Source of the DNA: Antedon mediterranea
Taxonomy: Eukaryota; Animalia; Echinodermata
Direction of reading: 5' to 3'
Assembly: GCF_964355755.1 (NCBI RefSeq)
Contig: NC_092671.1
Coordinates: 37,582,304-37,646,303 of the forward strand
DNA: 64,000 nucleotides
A program made the translations under genes and the position numbers. The notes under the pieces are model-generated. The model worked only from the letters and a program-made list of their open reading frames with translations. It did not search any database and had not been told where the DNA came from. Shown here piece after piece: positions 26,363-40,605 of the stretch (its first letter is position 1; every line of letters starts with the position of its first letter).

Positions 26363-28932
26363 GAGAAAATGCTTTACTGTCATTACCTCGTCCTCTTCGT
26401 AAACACACATTAAGATTCTTTGTATTTACATGTGTGCGTGTTAATAAAGATCATTAAAGTAAGTGCTGGCAAACATAAAAATCAATCATTTGCAACTGGA
26501 GGTACTTACATCATTTATTTTGTTTCACGTTTTAGTGCTCTTAGTAATAGATTTACGCCGTTTACGCCAGTATGGATGTTTATTTAAAGAATTTGTAAAT
26601 ACTTTGATTCACTGAATTCCTATAAAAAAAAAGTGTAATTAAATTTGAAAAATAAAATACATTGAATATAGTATGTATCATTTAGTCTTCTTACAGTTTC
26701 TTTTTCTTCTCCCAATGGCTTTCGTGTGATGAATTTCATTATTGTACCGCATGATGTACATTAGAGTAGAATCTACTCTGATTTTTGAGCAGTTTATTTG
26801 CAGATTAGAGTGTGGTAATTTGTCATACCATAATGTTCAAGACTTACGTAAGTTTACTTTCAGACAATACAGAACAATTCTAATTATAGTCTAGAAATCT
26901 ATATCTATCTATCATTAGTATGTCTTATTAATATTAGGTGAATGTTATTGATATATTGATATTATTTTTGTATTGATTGATATTGGTTATTAAAGGACAA
27001 AATATTATTATTTTAATGTTTATCTGTAGTAGGCCTATAAGTGGTCTAAGTATATTGGTGTGAACAATAATTTTAAACAGTTTTATTTATTTTATTTACT
27101 TAATTTTTATTTTAGTTTTTTTTATAAGTTATAAAATTTATTTTGTTGGTCCTTTTTTTTCAGAAATATATTCAAAATTTGATTTTATTCATCTTTACTT
27201 TTTATGTTTTAAAAGCCAATACATCTTTAATTTCCCTGTGTAGTAATAATAGCTCTTAGGTGCCAGGAATATGGTATCACTACCATATTTGTGCATATCA
27301 CTTCCATATTTGGGCACATCATATTTTTTTTATCACATAAAGTTTGATAGTGTAGAGAGAGCTTTTGTCTCTAATGGGTAATCTTTCTTAAAGCTTTCAT
27401 ATATTTTTTCTGTTTACAAGTTGCTTTTAAGTCTTCCTTTAAAGGTTAAACATTTTATATATTCTTAAGATCGCTTAAGTTATTATTCGGAATGGCTTAC
27501 CTCGGTTAATTTGTCATTTCAATTTAGATAATTGCCGGCAGGTTTTTAACTACATTTCCGAACAAATCAAAGATGTATAGCAAAATAATATTATAGCATT
27601 GTGCATAAAAAACATTTGAGATGAGGTTATTTAAATGTCATAGAAGATCATACAGAATGATTTTTTGTTGAATTTTTGCTTTTAAAAGGTTATTTCTTGG
27701 TAATAATAATAAATAATTTGTCCAATTAGTTTTTGTATAATTTTCAATTTTGCTTCAATCTAAAACTGAACTGTATTAAATATGTATGTTACAATACTTT
27801 TCAATTAAGCAATGCAATGTTAGAGACATTTTTTCTCTGCTTTGATTTATATTTTAAAGTTAGTTACAATGATTTTTGCGTTCGTGATTAGGAGTGTTGT
27901 ATTTGGCATTAAATGGTTTTTAAAGCAAAATTGTTGATTGTGTAACACCAAGACGCCAAGGCAACAAAACTTCACATTTTTTCCACTATTGTCTACATAT
28001 CAATAGTTTAATTTTAATTATTTAAAATTTATTTACATTCCCTTTTGAGCTGTTTCATTCAAATTGAAATACTTCTTTGCTTGCTTTAATAATGGATACA
28101 AATTTAGGCAATAATAGTTATTTTGTCTTCAATATCAACAAAATCTATCAAAGGTACAACAAAAACATATATTATAAATACAATTGACCAGGTGAAACTG
28201 TCTGATATTAAGATTAATTTGTTCTAAATATATTCTTTATAGGATTTGAAGTTAAATTAAGTATAATTGATTATGATTAATATATTCAATGTGTTTTGTA
28301 GAAAGTCGAACGTGATGTGTGTGTACTCGTTTAAGGTATTGAGATTATCTCACGAATAACGCTATTATTAGATTATCTATAGGTTAACATATGCAAAATG
28401 AGGACAAGCCTTATCTCCATTACGTACGCCTCCCGACAATCTGCCAAATTGTTTGAGATGCAAAATAAATATAAGAATAATAGCAGTCCGTCTTATATTC
28501 AATCTCCCCTACCTTTAGTGATTAGTGAGGTTGTACCCTGCAATATATAAAGCAAAAGGCAATTACAATATGTTTATAGTAGCGACGTGCCGTACACTAG
28601 GAATCTGCTGTCAGTAATTACCAGTGGAACACAACTAGCTAGGCACCAGATTACTGTCAGCAGCATTCTTTACCTTTGCATTAACTACACTGACATGTAT
28701 ATGTCTTGTTCCAACATTGGATTTAAAATTGCTTAAAGTAAAGAAGTTCAAATAAAATATCAGAGTTTAAAAAAACAAATCTCAATTGGATTTGTATTTC
28801 TGAGCAGAGCGAATGAATATTATATAGTGAGATGTTATAATCAAAATCTTGCAAGTAAAATCTTAAAGGTAAAAGACAACTTCGCGATATATCAATATTT
28901 TTTGGAGAATTTGTGGAATTTATACAATACCA

Positions 28933-28968
28933 ATGAATCTAGCAGAAAGTTTAAAACCCATGAAATAT
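28933..28968 (+). CDS. Weak candidate alternative first coding exon (MNLAESLKPMKY)
   Basis: 12 codons to TAT|GTAAGT, phase 0; TATATAAAG near 28544 and unique sequence upstream. Confidence 0.33.
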
Positions 28969-29455
28969 GTAAGTTGCTTTTTTACTATTATTCAATTAAA
29001 CTCAATATCATTAGTTTAAAAAGTAATTAGAAAAGTATTAAAAAGGACGCAAATCTGTGCAGGGAATTGGATGATAATCATCGACCAGGCAGTAATCTCC
29101 GTTTTTTTATACCATATTTTATCGGATTCTTGGAAGAAGTTTTGTACAAAACTGTAGAACAGTAAGTTCTTACTATATATTTCTATATTTTTTAAAACTT
29201 TATCAAAAATTTTCTGCAAAGTGATTCTAATATTTATTTTTATTTATCAGTTGGTTTCAAGATTCACCTGGTAAAAATTTCTTTACTGCTTTTTTTCTTG
29301 TTGTGTAACATGAATAACTATCGAACTAATTTTAACTAATTAATAGTTTTATTATAAATTAATTTTTGCATTCTTGACGCTTGATTGCAAGCTTCTATTA
29401 AATCTCTCTCATAAAAACAACTAATATAACGTTTATTAGGGAATTGATTCATTAT

Positions 29456-29787
29456 TTAATAATAATAATGATAATATCCTGGAATTATATAGCGCCTAAT
29501 GTTTTGAAACCTCTAAGCACTCTACATAAACAAATACGATAAAAGGGATTCCAACCATGGCCACAAAAAAAACCCATACCGAAATAAGGGGATACACCTT
29601 CGTCGCTAACCAGGGATCGGTCTAATTGAACGCTGGTCAGCACCAGTTGTGTCCCGGTCATCCCAGACTCGGGCGCCTCCTGCCCTACTTTAACTAGATC
29701 TAAAACAATCTAGGTGGCATGGTGAATGAGCGTGAAGATTAGGATAGGATTTGAGGAGTTGTTTGAATGTGGCGAGTGATTCAGCTT
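29456..29787 (-). mobile_element. L2/CR1-group LINE 3' fragment
   Basis: Minus strand encodes KAESLATFKQLLKSY (ORF2 C-terminus-like) and ends TGTAGAGTGCTTAGAG...AGGCGCTATATAA...(TTA)n, an L2-type tail. Confidence 0.7.
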
Positions 29788-30574
29788 TCCTGCTTGAGTT
29801 TATATGCTTTGTTTTAGTTTGATTGTTGCTTTTTATTGAGGACAAACTTAAACTTTATTTGATTCAAAATTTGAAATGAATATAAATTTCAATCTTTATG
29901 TTTTCATGGATGAATTCATTTCCATCATTGCCAAAAAAAAAACAAAAACAAGCATATAACAATATACAAATAATGAATGTAATGAGTACAAGTAATAGCA
30001 TGATGTGAATGATATACACGAAAAAAATAGCTCAATAGTGCGTACTATTGCAAAGCATGTGACCCACAATTGTCCAATCAAACGACAGGAATTTATTTAT
30101 GTGTTATAATTTAATACTAACTAATTATGGAAATATATAACATTTTTATGATTTTAACATCAATGTTTATTTAAAATTTAATAAATTTGACATTGTCTTG
30201 TGAACACTTTGTGTTTAAACAGGCTGTTTAAACATGAACGTTAATGGTTAATGCTTTTGAATTTCCAAAGCACAAAAAGCAAACACAATTGAAAGCTAGT
30301 GTGCTTTGATATTAATTTATCAAACTAAAACCAAATGTTTGACATAATATTACATTACTATTGAATATGATTAAAATAGTGGAAAATAGTATAATGTAAC
30401 TTGTTATTAAACTAGAAACCAAATGAGTTATTTAAGAAATTGTATTGGTCCACGTTGAAATCGAAATTCATTTTGCTTGGCATAATTAAGATAATTAGAT
30501 ATTTCATATTTTTAATAATTGTAAAGTACAAATATTTATTTGTATACATGAGACTGGTGTAGTTGTGTTTTATA

Positions 30575-30743
30575 GTCTAATTGAACGCTGGTCAGCACCA
30601 GTTGTGTCTCGGTCATCCCAGACTCGGGCGCCTCCTGCCCCACTTTAACTAGATCTAAAACAATCTAGGTGGCATGGTAAATGAGCGTGAAGATTAGGAT
30701 AGGATTTGATGAGTTGTTTGAATGTGGCGAGTGATTCAGCTTT
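30575..30743 (-). mobile_element. Second partial copy of the same LINE fragment
   Basis: Near-identical to 29619-29787. Confidence 0.8.
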
Positions 30744-31297
30744 AAACTCTCCGACCCTCTAAATAAACACATGAATTTATTTATTGTCCAAATAAGTATT
30801 TTTTTTACCAATTAAAATTGATTTTAGGCATCCACTTAATTAACCAATTTAGGTGCTGTTCTTGTATTTATCTTGTATATATTATACTGTTAAATTAATC
30901 TAGTCAAGTAGTTATATAATAGAATATTGATGCGGATAATTATACATATTCCTCTGGAGATTTCTTTTGCATTGCAGCCTTTATTAAACAACACTGTATT
31001 AGGTATATGAGAATCATATTAAAGTTCGCTGACCTAAGATAATTATTGAGTGCAGGTATTACGTATATAAATTCAAATTTTTGGGATTAACCAATTTTTG
31101 GTATTAGAATCATTCAATTATCTATTTCTTCATAATTTTATTGATTTTCATATAAATGATGATGAAATTAGTTTTTATGTTTAAATCTATCCTCTGGCCA
31201 TATACATTTATTTATAAATCTATTCAGAAATATTCAAATTTGCTCCCAAATTCAATTGATGTAAATTTGTACGTATATTAATTTTAGGCATATTCTT

Positions 31298-31640
31298 CCA
31301 GGCTGTTTAGTTTACTATTTGATTTAGCTTTTTGCTTAATAATTTTAATTGTCAATTTTTCAGTGCTTATTTTATTTTATATCTCCATTGAGATCCAGCC
31401 ACTGATACCCACACCCTTGTCATTTTTTTAATGCTTATTTTATTTTGTATGTCTCGATATCCTGCCACTGATACCCACAGCATTGTCATTTTTCATTGCT
31501 TATTTTATTGTGCATCTCCATTGAGATCCAGCCACTGATACCCACAGCATCGTAATTTTTTCAGTGTTTATTTTATTTTGTATCTCCATTGAGATCCAGT
31601 CACTGATACCAACAGAATCATCATTTTTTCAGTGATTTGT
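31298..31640 (+). repeat. Degenerate Penelope-like fragment expanded to about four ~64-bp units
   Basis: TATCTCCATTGAGATCCAGCCACTGATACCCACAGCATTGTCATTTT repeated; same sequence as the 15271 family, hammerhead part missing. Confidence 0.8.
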
Positions 31641-32484
31641 AATTTATAAATATTTAAAACATTATTTGTAAGTCTTCTTATATAAAAACCATGTTTTTGA
31701 CTTAACAAACATTATAATGAGTAGTTTTAAATCTACACAGATTGTGGACAATTTCATTAAGTGCTTTTAATGAATGCACTCTATATCTCAACAGATTATT
31801 TTAATCTGCATTTTAAACTGTGACTTTTAATTAGCCTCGTTACTATTAGTCAATATGGTAACGTTTATTTTTTGTCAAACGATACAAGAGGAAAATACTG
31901 GAAGCATCATTATTATCGATTTCTTTTTTTGTGTTATTAATTTAATATCAGATTTATTAACCGCACTGCATATTTCTGCTGAAACATATGATAATCGGTT
32001 TCTAGTCAACAGTAATCTCCAATGAATTATTACGCATTTGTTAGCACATGTTTTCTGTGAATATTGTTTTATGAAGAGTTTGAACAAAGAGGAGACATTT
32101 CCATATAAAAGAGTGAATTTTATTGACCTATGGTATATTCAGCTTTATCTCTCGTGCAGTGTTTTTTTTTAAATGGAATTCGCTTGTTGATTTGCGTCAG
32201 ACAACAGATTTGTTAAGTCGTTTAAAATTGTACATATTCATCTTACAATTGAAATCTGTATGCCTAATAGTTTGACGTCAAGCCTAAATCAGTGCATTAG
32301 CTACAGGTATATTCGCTCTATTTTGCATTCATTAGTGCAAAACCAAGTAAACGTATACATTATTCTTCCTTCCGTCGTTCTCTCTCTCTCTCTCGCAACA
32401 AAAGAATATAATTTAACAAGAGGTCAAGTAGTACGTTGAAAGCTGCGGAAGCCTTGTAATATTGTTAACATTTTAGTAGAGAAG

Positions 32485-32574
32485 ATGGGCCAGTCATTTT
32501 CAAAAGCTATTGCAGCAAAATCTTCGTCGGGCTCAACGCCAAATTTTCATGTACACATGAATTTAAATATCAAA
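32485..32574 (+). CDS. Candidate alternative first coding exon with N-myristoylation motif (MGQSFSKAIAAKSSSGSTPNFHVHMNLNIK)
   Basis: AAGATGG start context, MGxxxS motif, 30 codons to AAA|GTAAGT in phase 0; (CT)n and UTR-like sequence upstream. Confidence 0.62.
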
Positions 32575-33414
32575 GTAAGTTGTTTTGATTTTGTTAGGCT
32601 AGTTTTTTAATATGATCTCAAATTATATTCTATTCTGTGATGAATACAGAAAATATATTTAGTATTGTGTTTGAATTTAGTGTTTTTACATTGTTTTGTG
32701 TGCCATATGTTTGTATTTTTTGTAGTCTTAGATTGAATCTGTTCCTGTGACAATGTAGACAATGAATGTTTTTTTTCTATTTGTTAAACAAGATAATTTT
32801 AGATAATACTAAACCTGTTTGAGAGCATAAAAATGAAGGTATAAATATAAATCAGTATGTTTGGTGACAATTATGATGAGAATGATGGTTGAAATGAATT
32901 AACAAATTAATGATAATAATTCTGGTAATTATATTAAATGATGATGTTGAGATAAGGGCGTGTTGGGCTACTGATCTTGATCTTGAATCCAATGATCATT
33001 GCATTGCTTGATGCTTGGCAATCTTTTTACTCAGGAGTGCAAATGGGTGCCTGGTAAAGTCAAGACACAACTTTTTCTGCATGATGGAAGTATTTTTCAA
33101 TATGTGTTTAATCAAAAAATGACAGGGGTAATTAACATGACGTACAGCGTCAAAGTGATTGATTTATTTTACTGTTACTTACATTGTAAATTTGTTTTGT
33201 TATTCATTGTCCTCTTAAATATGTAAATACACAGACTTTTCCTGTAGATACCTACACCTTGATTTTCCCAATATCTCTATATACTGTATGTTTCCATTGT
33301 TTGTGTACGGTTTCAAAAAACCTCAAATAAGGGGGCCCAGGGACGAAAATTTCACAAATTGAGTGATGAGCTTAACCTAATGTTTTATCTTTTGCATTTT
33401 TCCCACCCACACAT

Positions 33415-33545
33415 CCACTGAATAGGGGTACATTTATTTATCCGAGGACCTTTTGTTGGGTCCAACAATAGGGGTACATTTATTTATCCGAGGACCTTTT
33501 TTTTTTGGGTCCAGAAGGTGTCCCCTCAATAGAGGTTCTATTGTA
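33415..33545. mobile_element. Degenerate MITE with internal direct duplication
   Basis: AATAGGGGTACATTTATTTATCCGAGGACC twice, ending GTGTCCCCTCAATAGAGGTTCTATTGTA. Confidence 0.5.
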
Positions 33546-35154
33546 TAACAATTAAACAATTATTATATTCTTAAAATAATTTTAGATCCTTATAGAAAAG
33601 GATTTTTCTTTCGACAAAAAAAAAAATGTTCTTCTACAATTAAAAAATAACAATAATTATCATTTATATTTTGATTTTTCAAAATTTGATTTTCTTGTAA
33701 TTTTTGGAGATGATCCCTACTTTGTATCTTTATCTGAGAAAACAAAAACCATTAAAAGCGGTTAAATTGCATTTATTGAAATTATTTATTTCAAAATTAA
33801 GTCTGCAATGATAGCTATATAGAGGTCAGCATAGGAAGGTATCCTATTAAGATCTTTGCATTGTGTTAAACGCATTTATTTGAATTAATTAATTTCTCCA
33901 ACAGTTGTATGCAACATAATGTGAATTGGTATGGGGTCATTAGCTATGCAATATCTAACACGTTACAATCACACTGTTCTGTAATGATTAATTGAATAAT
34001 AGTGAGCTGTGAGTGTATATCCAGTGGTGTGTGCAGGTGCCTGAGTCTTTGCGGGAGACTCTAGTGTAAGAGAGCTTTTGAAGTTTATTTATTCACATGT
34101 GCGGACATTGAGACATGCTTTAACCTAGTTTTAGCTTAGATTCTGGCAAGCTCTCATATGGGAGCGGAGAACGGAGCGATGTCAATGTTTTTTTTGCTTT
34201 TCCTCTTTCTTTTTTGGTTATCTTAGGATTTTTCTGGATTAGTGTGTAAAATATAATATAATATAAAACTTCCATTATTAGTATTATTATTTTTCTAGGT
34301 GTAGCGACCAGTGCTGAAGATGTCTTATCTTTTGCCATATAATTCACCTGGCAACAAACAACTAAAACAAAACATATGTAGGTCCTAAATTGTCGAAAAT
34401 CTATAAACCCTTGTTATCTAAAATCTAATTATACACAAATTCCAGTTTTGTTATAAATAGTACAGCTGTATGCATATATTGTTCACTTTGAGTTTTTGTG
34501 CCTAATGTATGAATACATTTTGTAAACATTTTGTATGGGTAGAGAGTGTTTATTATTATTCAAAATTATTTTATTTTTTAACATCGAAGCAACCACATCT
34601 TAAATATATGATTCAACAAGTGAATGGTTTGAGAGTTTTCCTCTGTTTTAAAGGAGAGTAATCAATAAATATTGTTATTATTTACCTTCAAAATTATTTT
34701 TATTTTTGAACACCGAAGCAACCTCACCAAGTCAAGTCATATCATAGATTCTAAATGTAGTTGTCAGGTTGTACATAAACTTGGTCAATATTTTACTTAA
34801 TGTGTACTTGACTAACTGCATGATGCTAATGACTTTTTATGTTAATTAAACTGTTTATGCCATAGTGCTATTATTTCATCAGCTGTTTTCACTACAGGAC
34901 AAAAAAGCATCGCCATGACTCCTCTTCTTTTCAATAATTTTTTATTTTCTATCAGGCGTAGTTTGCCTCTATTAATTTGCCATCTATCCATTAACACTGT
35001 TATAATTCAAGTGTTGTATATAATATTAATGAACACTAGAGTTTCGTGTTTCAAAATGGAGAATCATGAATGTAGACACATCGTGTATCGTCATTCTGTT
35101 AAAATTGTAGTCTTATATAGTACTTGAGTATTTTTAACAAGCTAATACACAGCC

Positions 35155-35410
35155 TGAGTGGAGTTTTGGGTTGGTGGTTATGATGCTTGGCTACCAATCC
35201 AAGGGTCCTTGGTTCAAGTCCTGTCACATGTCAGGATTTTTTCTAATGAGAAATTACAACTCCACTCCCAAAGACTAGTATAAGATTTTGTTTATGTAGA
35301 GCATCTTGTGTATATGTTTTTCTTGTGAATGGGATTGCCACCTTTAAGAAGGATAATAATGAATTCGTTTATCCTTGGCAATTTGCCTAATATAAACAAA
35401 AAACAAAAAA
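35155..35410 (+). mobile_element. tRNA-derived SINE, second family
   Basis: GGTTGGTGGTTATGATGCTTGGCTACC...GGTTCAAGTCC head; body matches the reverse complement of 46740-46945. Confidence 0.75.
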
Positions 35411-35973
35411 ATTTGATTTGAATTCTTTATCAAGTAACTTGGTGACAGATTAAGTATTTTCTATATAGCCCCCTCTGTAGTTCTACATGATCTTAACTTA
35501 ATGGGCATGTGAACATTTTACTGATCTAAGATATATAATTATATCCCGTAATGATGTTAGTTTATATGGTTTAAATATAAATGAAGTCAATTTTATTTTA
35601 ATGTCATTTTTATAGACCAACTAGAATCAGTGGAAATGACTTGTAGACCTGGTTAGTGTCACAAAATCATGTATCTTTTTTTCAAAAAAAAATAATAAAA
35701 CCGGGATAGTCTATTTGTAAAAGTATCGTCACAAAACATTATATAACATTTTATACCATATGTTATAAACCTACTGATGTTTTTGCTGTTTAAAATTCAT
35801 TTTGGAGGACAAATTGGCGTCATCTTCATCTAACAGTCGAGAGTCTTATCATTACAAGTGCAATTGAAAGAAAAACACATTGGATCGACAATTGGAATAT
35901 TACAAGTGTTCTTTCTTTCAGCTGGGATGAGATACTAATTAGATATGTAATGTACTTGCATCTATTTCAAAAT

Positions 35974-36273
35974 GAACAATGTATTACCATTGTGTGGACA
36001 TACACAACAGTTGTTTGAATTGTATCCAAATTATCAGAGATAGATACATATTTAAATCGCAGACTAGGCCATCAGTCACTTCTTCTGTATGATTTTTATT
36101 TTAGTACTGTGTATGTAATGTACGTGCGTCTGTTTGGAAAAGAACAATGTATTACCATTGCGTGGACATTCACAACAATTGTTTGAATTGTATCCAAATT
36201 ATCAGAGATAGATACACATTTAAATCGCAGAGGCCATCAGCAACTTCTTCTGTATGATTTTTATATTTTAGTA
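35974..36273. repeat. Local direct duplication of about 130 bp
   Basis: 35974-36105 matches 36142-36273 with few differences. Confidence 0.9.
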
Positions 36274-37093
36274 TCTTATTTTGAATTGCAAAAAAACTAT
36301 TCTACAATTCTCGGTGGATTACAGCGTAGAATTAGTTATGAGCAGAATGTTCTGAAAGGTTAGCCATCAAATAATATAATAACTACACGTTGTCTGTCAT
36401 AAGATGAGATATTTTATAACGTTTTGAATTGTCCTTGTTGTCAGCCTGCTTGCTGTTTTCTTTTTCATTTCGGATTCTTTAGGGGAATAGATTATTTTAT
36501 ACTTTGATTATGCTTTTTTGATATTTTGGTAAGTTCTCATCCGCTGTATGGACTAGAAAGCTATTGGATTTGTAAGATTGTTGGCAGTAACAACTAAGAT
36601 ATTTTGAATGGCCCACATGTGGGCTATAACTCGCTGACAGGTTGAACATTACAGCAAGTAAAGTGGATGAAAGATCTAAAAAAAGCAGAACTGTTTTATG
36701 CTTACTGATTGGATATTATTATGGCACACATAAAGCTTTCATATCAGTGATATTATCAAACTCAGCTGGTATACTTAATTATATCCTAGTCTTATAGTAT
36801 TGTCATCAGTCTGTCATATTTGGTTGCTTATGGAGATTTCAAGATTTTCAGTATGAGCTGTCAACTGGTAGTATAATAGGCTGGATCCACTGTTTTTTTA
36901 TTGCTAATATTCTGTCACTGTCACACCACACTTGCAGCGTGTTGTGTTGTTTCACTCTGTTCTCTCAGCCCAACTGCAACCGCGTTTTCTCCTGCCATTA
37001 TAAGTGTACGCAAACTCTATATTTTCCCCGGTAAATTAAATATACAAGAAGTTCGTTATCGATACTGAATGAGTGAGGAGGAGAAGATTAGGA

Positions 37094-37147
37094 ATGGATA
37101 ACGTCTCGAATATTTCAGATTCATTGGTTGAGGAAGATGATGAGAAG
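37094..37147 (+). CDS. Candidate alternative first coding exon, acidic (MDNVSNISDSLVEEDDEK)
   Basis: GGAATGG context, 18 codons to AAG|GTAAGC in phase 0; unique, GC-richer leader at 36910-37090; overlapping uORF from 37069. Confidence 0.6.
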
Positions 37148-37983
37148 GTAAGCAATTCAATCATCATCGTTGCAAATTAATGTCTGTTATAAAACACAAG
37201 ATACTTGTGATTTTGTCTATTGATTTTTAAGATGATTAACAACCTCTTCTTGTGCTTGGTCTCATTACAATTATTTTGCATATTTATTTACACGCTGGAG
37301 CTAACTGTATTTATTAGAGTGCGTCTGTAACGTCCAATCACAAAGTTGAATTACTCTTCATAGGCTTTACCTGATTGGAAATGTTTATGTTAGAAGAACG
37401 ACAGGTTGGTGTTTTATTAGTATACACAACAACTATTATTTCATTTTTTACCTATGTATTTTTGGTATCTGAATTTATTTTGAATTTTGAATGGTTTTAT
37501 TAAAACATGATTTTGTTGCTGTTATTTTTTTTCTTTTTCGGTATAGAAGTGGTTCCTTTTTTCTGTATCTAATCAGATAATTATTCTAAAATTTAATTTA
37601 TAATAGGTCCTTAGAGAAATGCAATCATGTGGTTTATCTATCAAAGTCTTTATGTTGATGTTATAAATTTATAAATTTGAATTTTAAAAAACATAGATGT
37701 TTATTACATTAATTATGGTAGTATTTTAGATATTATATTTTGGAGGTATGATATAAAGTCAGGTTGTGCTGTGGTGTGGTTTTGGTCACTTGATTTGAAC
37801 TCCTTTGAACTTGTCTGCAAAGGATGAAATCAAATGTATGGGAATTATAAGGTGTAAGTGCTAATTGGGATAAATAAAACATTTTGTATGATTGGCATTA
37901 GATTATATATATATCTTTTATTCCTGTCCACCCAGGCAGCACTTGCCAGTTTTATACTATGACGTTATCCAAATTCCTTCACT

Positions 37984-38271
<288 letters not shown>

Positions 38272-40130
38272 CATTGAAAAGGTGAAATCATGTTCTTTCT
38301 GTACTGTATTTGTACATTTTTACAATATAGTATATAGTATGTATTGTTGTTATTATAGAAGTCTGCACTAAAAATGATCCAATTGCAATAATTTGACCTT
38401 GCCTATACAGATAATTGTACCATATTGATTAATATTGATGTTTAATTTTTTATATCATAACCACAATAAAACTTGTGGTAGTAATTATGAGCATTATACT
38501 TTTGGTTTTAGAAAATGAAATTAGTGACAGTAATTGCATTTTTTAAAACCAGAAGTAAACAGTACTACCATCATATGAATTTTACTTTATTTGAAAACTG
38601 TGCATTTTATGAAATTAAATTTTTACTAAAAGTGTATTATTACCCAAAACAAATGATATTCCAAGTGAATCTGATTTTATACCATGTTTATAAGTTGGTC
38701 TTTTATATCGATTTGTTTGTGTGAAATTTAACTTTTCATCTTTTTTTAATCTGTTTATTATGTGAATTCAAATCGTGGAAATTCAGATCTTTTATATCTA
38801 TTTGTTTGTGTGAAATTCAACTTTTTTGTATTGAAATTTTCTTTTAAATTATGTGTATTAAAAATGTATGGTGTGTTTATCTCAGTGAACTATATTTTTT
38901 CTAAGCAACATGATCATAGTTAACATATCACTGAAGATTAGGTGCACAAAATGCATACAATATCAATATAAGAAAAACATTCGAAAGTATGACACCATGG
39001 ATATTCTCAGTTAAATCGGGATTAATGGATGTCTGACTAAATACATGTAAATAATGGTAAATTTAGAAGCGAATGTTGAGTGTTCTCTTTAGTTAATAAC
39101 AGATATCGCTTTCATCAAAATGCAGGGAAGTTAATATATGCTTAAGTTCTCATGTTCTTCACTTTTTGTCAGATCTTAGTGATGAAACCAGACTATAAAT
39201 CATTCCATTTCAGATACATTCTCCTTCATCAAGTACTATATTTTACACTGACAACATTTATAATTAAATTTAAAAATTTTACTTTTTCAAACTTCAGTTC
39301 GAAAACAAATAAAGATAATTTATTATTATTTATTTATTTATTGTTAAATGTATTATTACTTTTATTACTTCAAGATGTATTGTCCCCTAAAAGAATAATT
39401 TTTTACATTTTTTTTTGTTGAATATGCCATTTTAATTAGTTTTATCAACGGAATTGATTAACTTTGTTATAACTACAAAATGACCTATTCAAGGTCTGAT
39501 TTTATTAATCTTCATTTTTCATGTTTTCGAGGGACAATACATCTTTATAATAATACATTGTAGTAAGTTTTATTGTTGGAATTTGATATTATTTTAATAT
39601 AAAAACAGCGTGCCTCTTACAGAGGAACTCGATTGTTTATTGTGCATTAATAGACGTGAAAAGAACGGCCCCCCATATAGAGGATATTGTTAGATAATTG
39701 TAAATATAAAAAATAATTCTATGCTTCATTTTTTTTCTTTATTCACTTTGTTTTGGTAAAAAATGGAATATTACATTCCTAATTTGTTAAAATATTATAA
39801 TTCATTTAATAAATTGCTTAAAATTGTTATTGTTTATTATAAAATATAAAACTTCGCAACAACATTAATAATAATCTTACTTATTTTTCGTCAGGGGTAA
39901 AGCAGAACAAGCTTTGTGAAATATTTTTTTTAAGTGGCGCACCATACTTTTAATTTTGCAAGGGTTGACAATATTATTTTTCATTAATCATTTTCAACAG
40001 TGTTATCAATAACATTCAGTGAAAAATTTCTTGTCTAAAGCTCTGTCTAACACTATCAAACTTTATGTGACAAAAGAATGTGATGTGCCCATATATGGAC
40101 GTGATGATGTCATATCACTACCATATCTGG

Positions 40131-40251
40131 AACGTCTTTAAACAGTGATTGGGTTCGCTTTTGACAATCCTGGCTTTTTGTTTCTTTTTGTATTTTTATG
40201 TATTCTGTTGTAATTGTAATGAGCCGATATTGAATAAATCAATAAATCAAA
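40131..40251 (+). mobile_element. Short retroelement 3' tail nested in the MITE at 40039-40307
   Basis: ATCTGG duplicated at 40125-40130 and 40252-40257; ends AATAAATCAATAAATCAA. Confidence 0.75.
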
Positions 40252-40605
40252 ATCTGGGCACATCACACTTTTTTTTGTCAAACTAATTTGATAGTGTAGA
40301 CAGAGTTTTAAGTAAAAGATAATCTTGCAATTATTGGATTGAGCATTTGTGGAATAGCAGATAGTGAATCAGTGTACTAATGAGACATTAGAGGCCAATA
40401 TACTAATGCGACATTAGAGACCCATAGAGAACAGAATTTGACATTTTCACCATTCACAATTACTCTCTTTTACAATTCAAAACAAACATCTCACAAGCCA
40501 TTTGCTGTTTTCTTTAAATTGCAATTACCAATTCATATATTTCCTGGAGATTGCATTAATAATAACATTTTCAGAAAAACAAACTAATGGCCTGACAGGA
40601 CAATT

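Noticed and set aside
25653-26410. Overlapping ORFs on both strands
   Set aside because: 66/58-bp tandem repeat
34320-34377. ATG...|GTAGGT exon candidate (MSYLLPYNSPGNKQLKQNI)
   Set aside because: Phase 1 and weak donor, although the upstream sequence looks promoter-like
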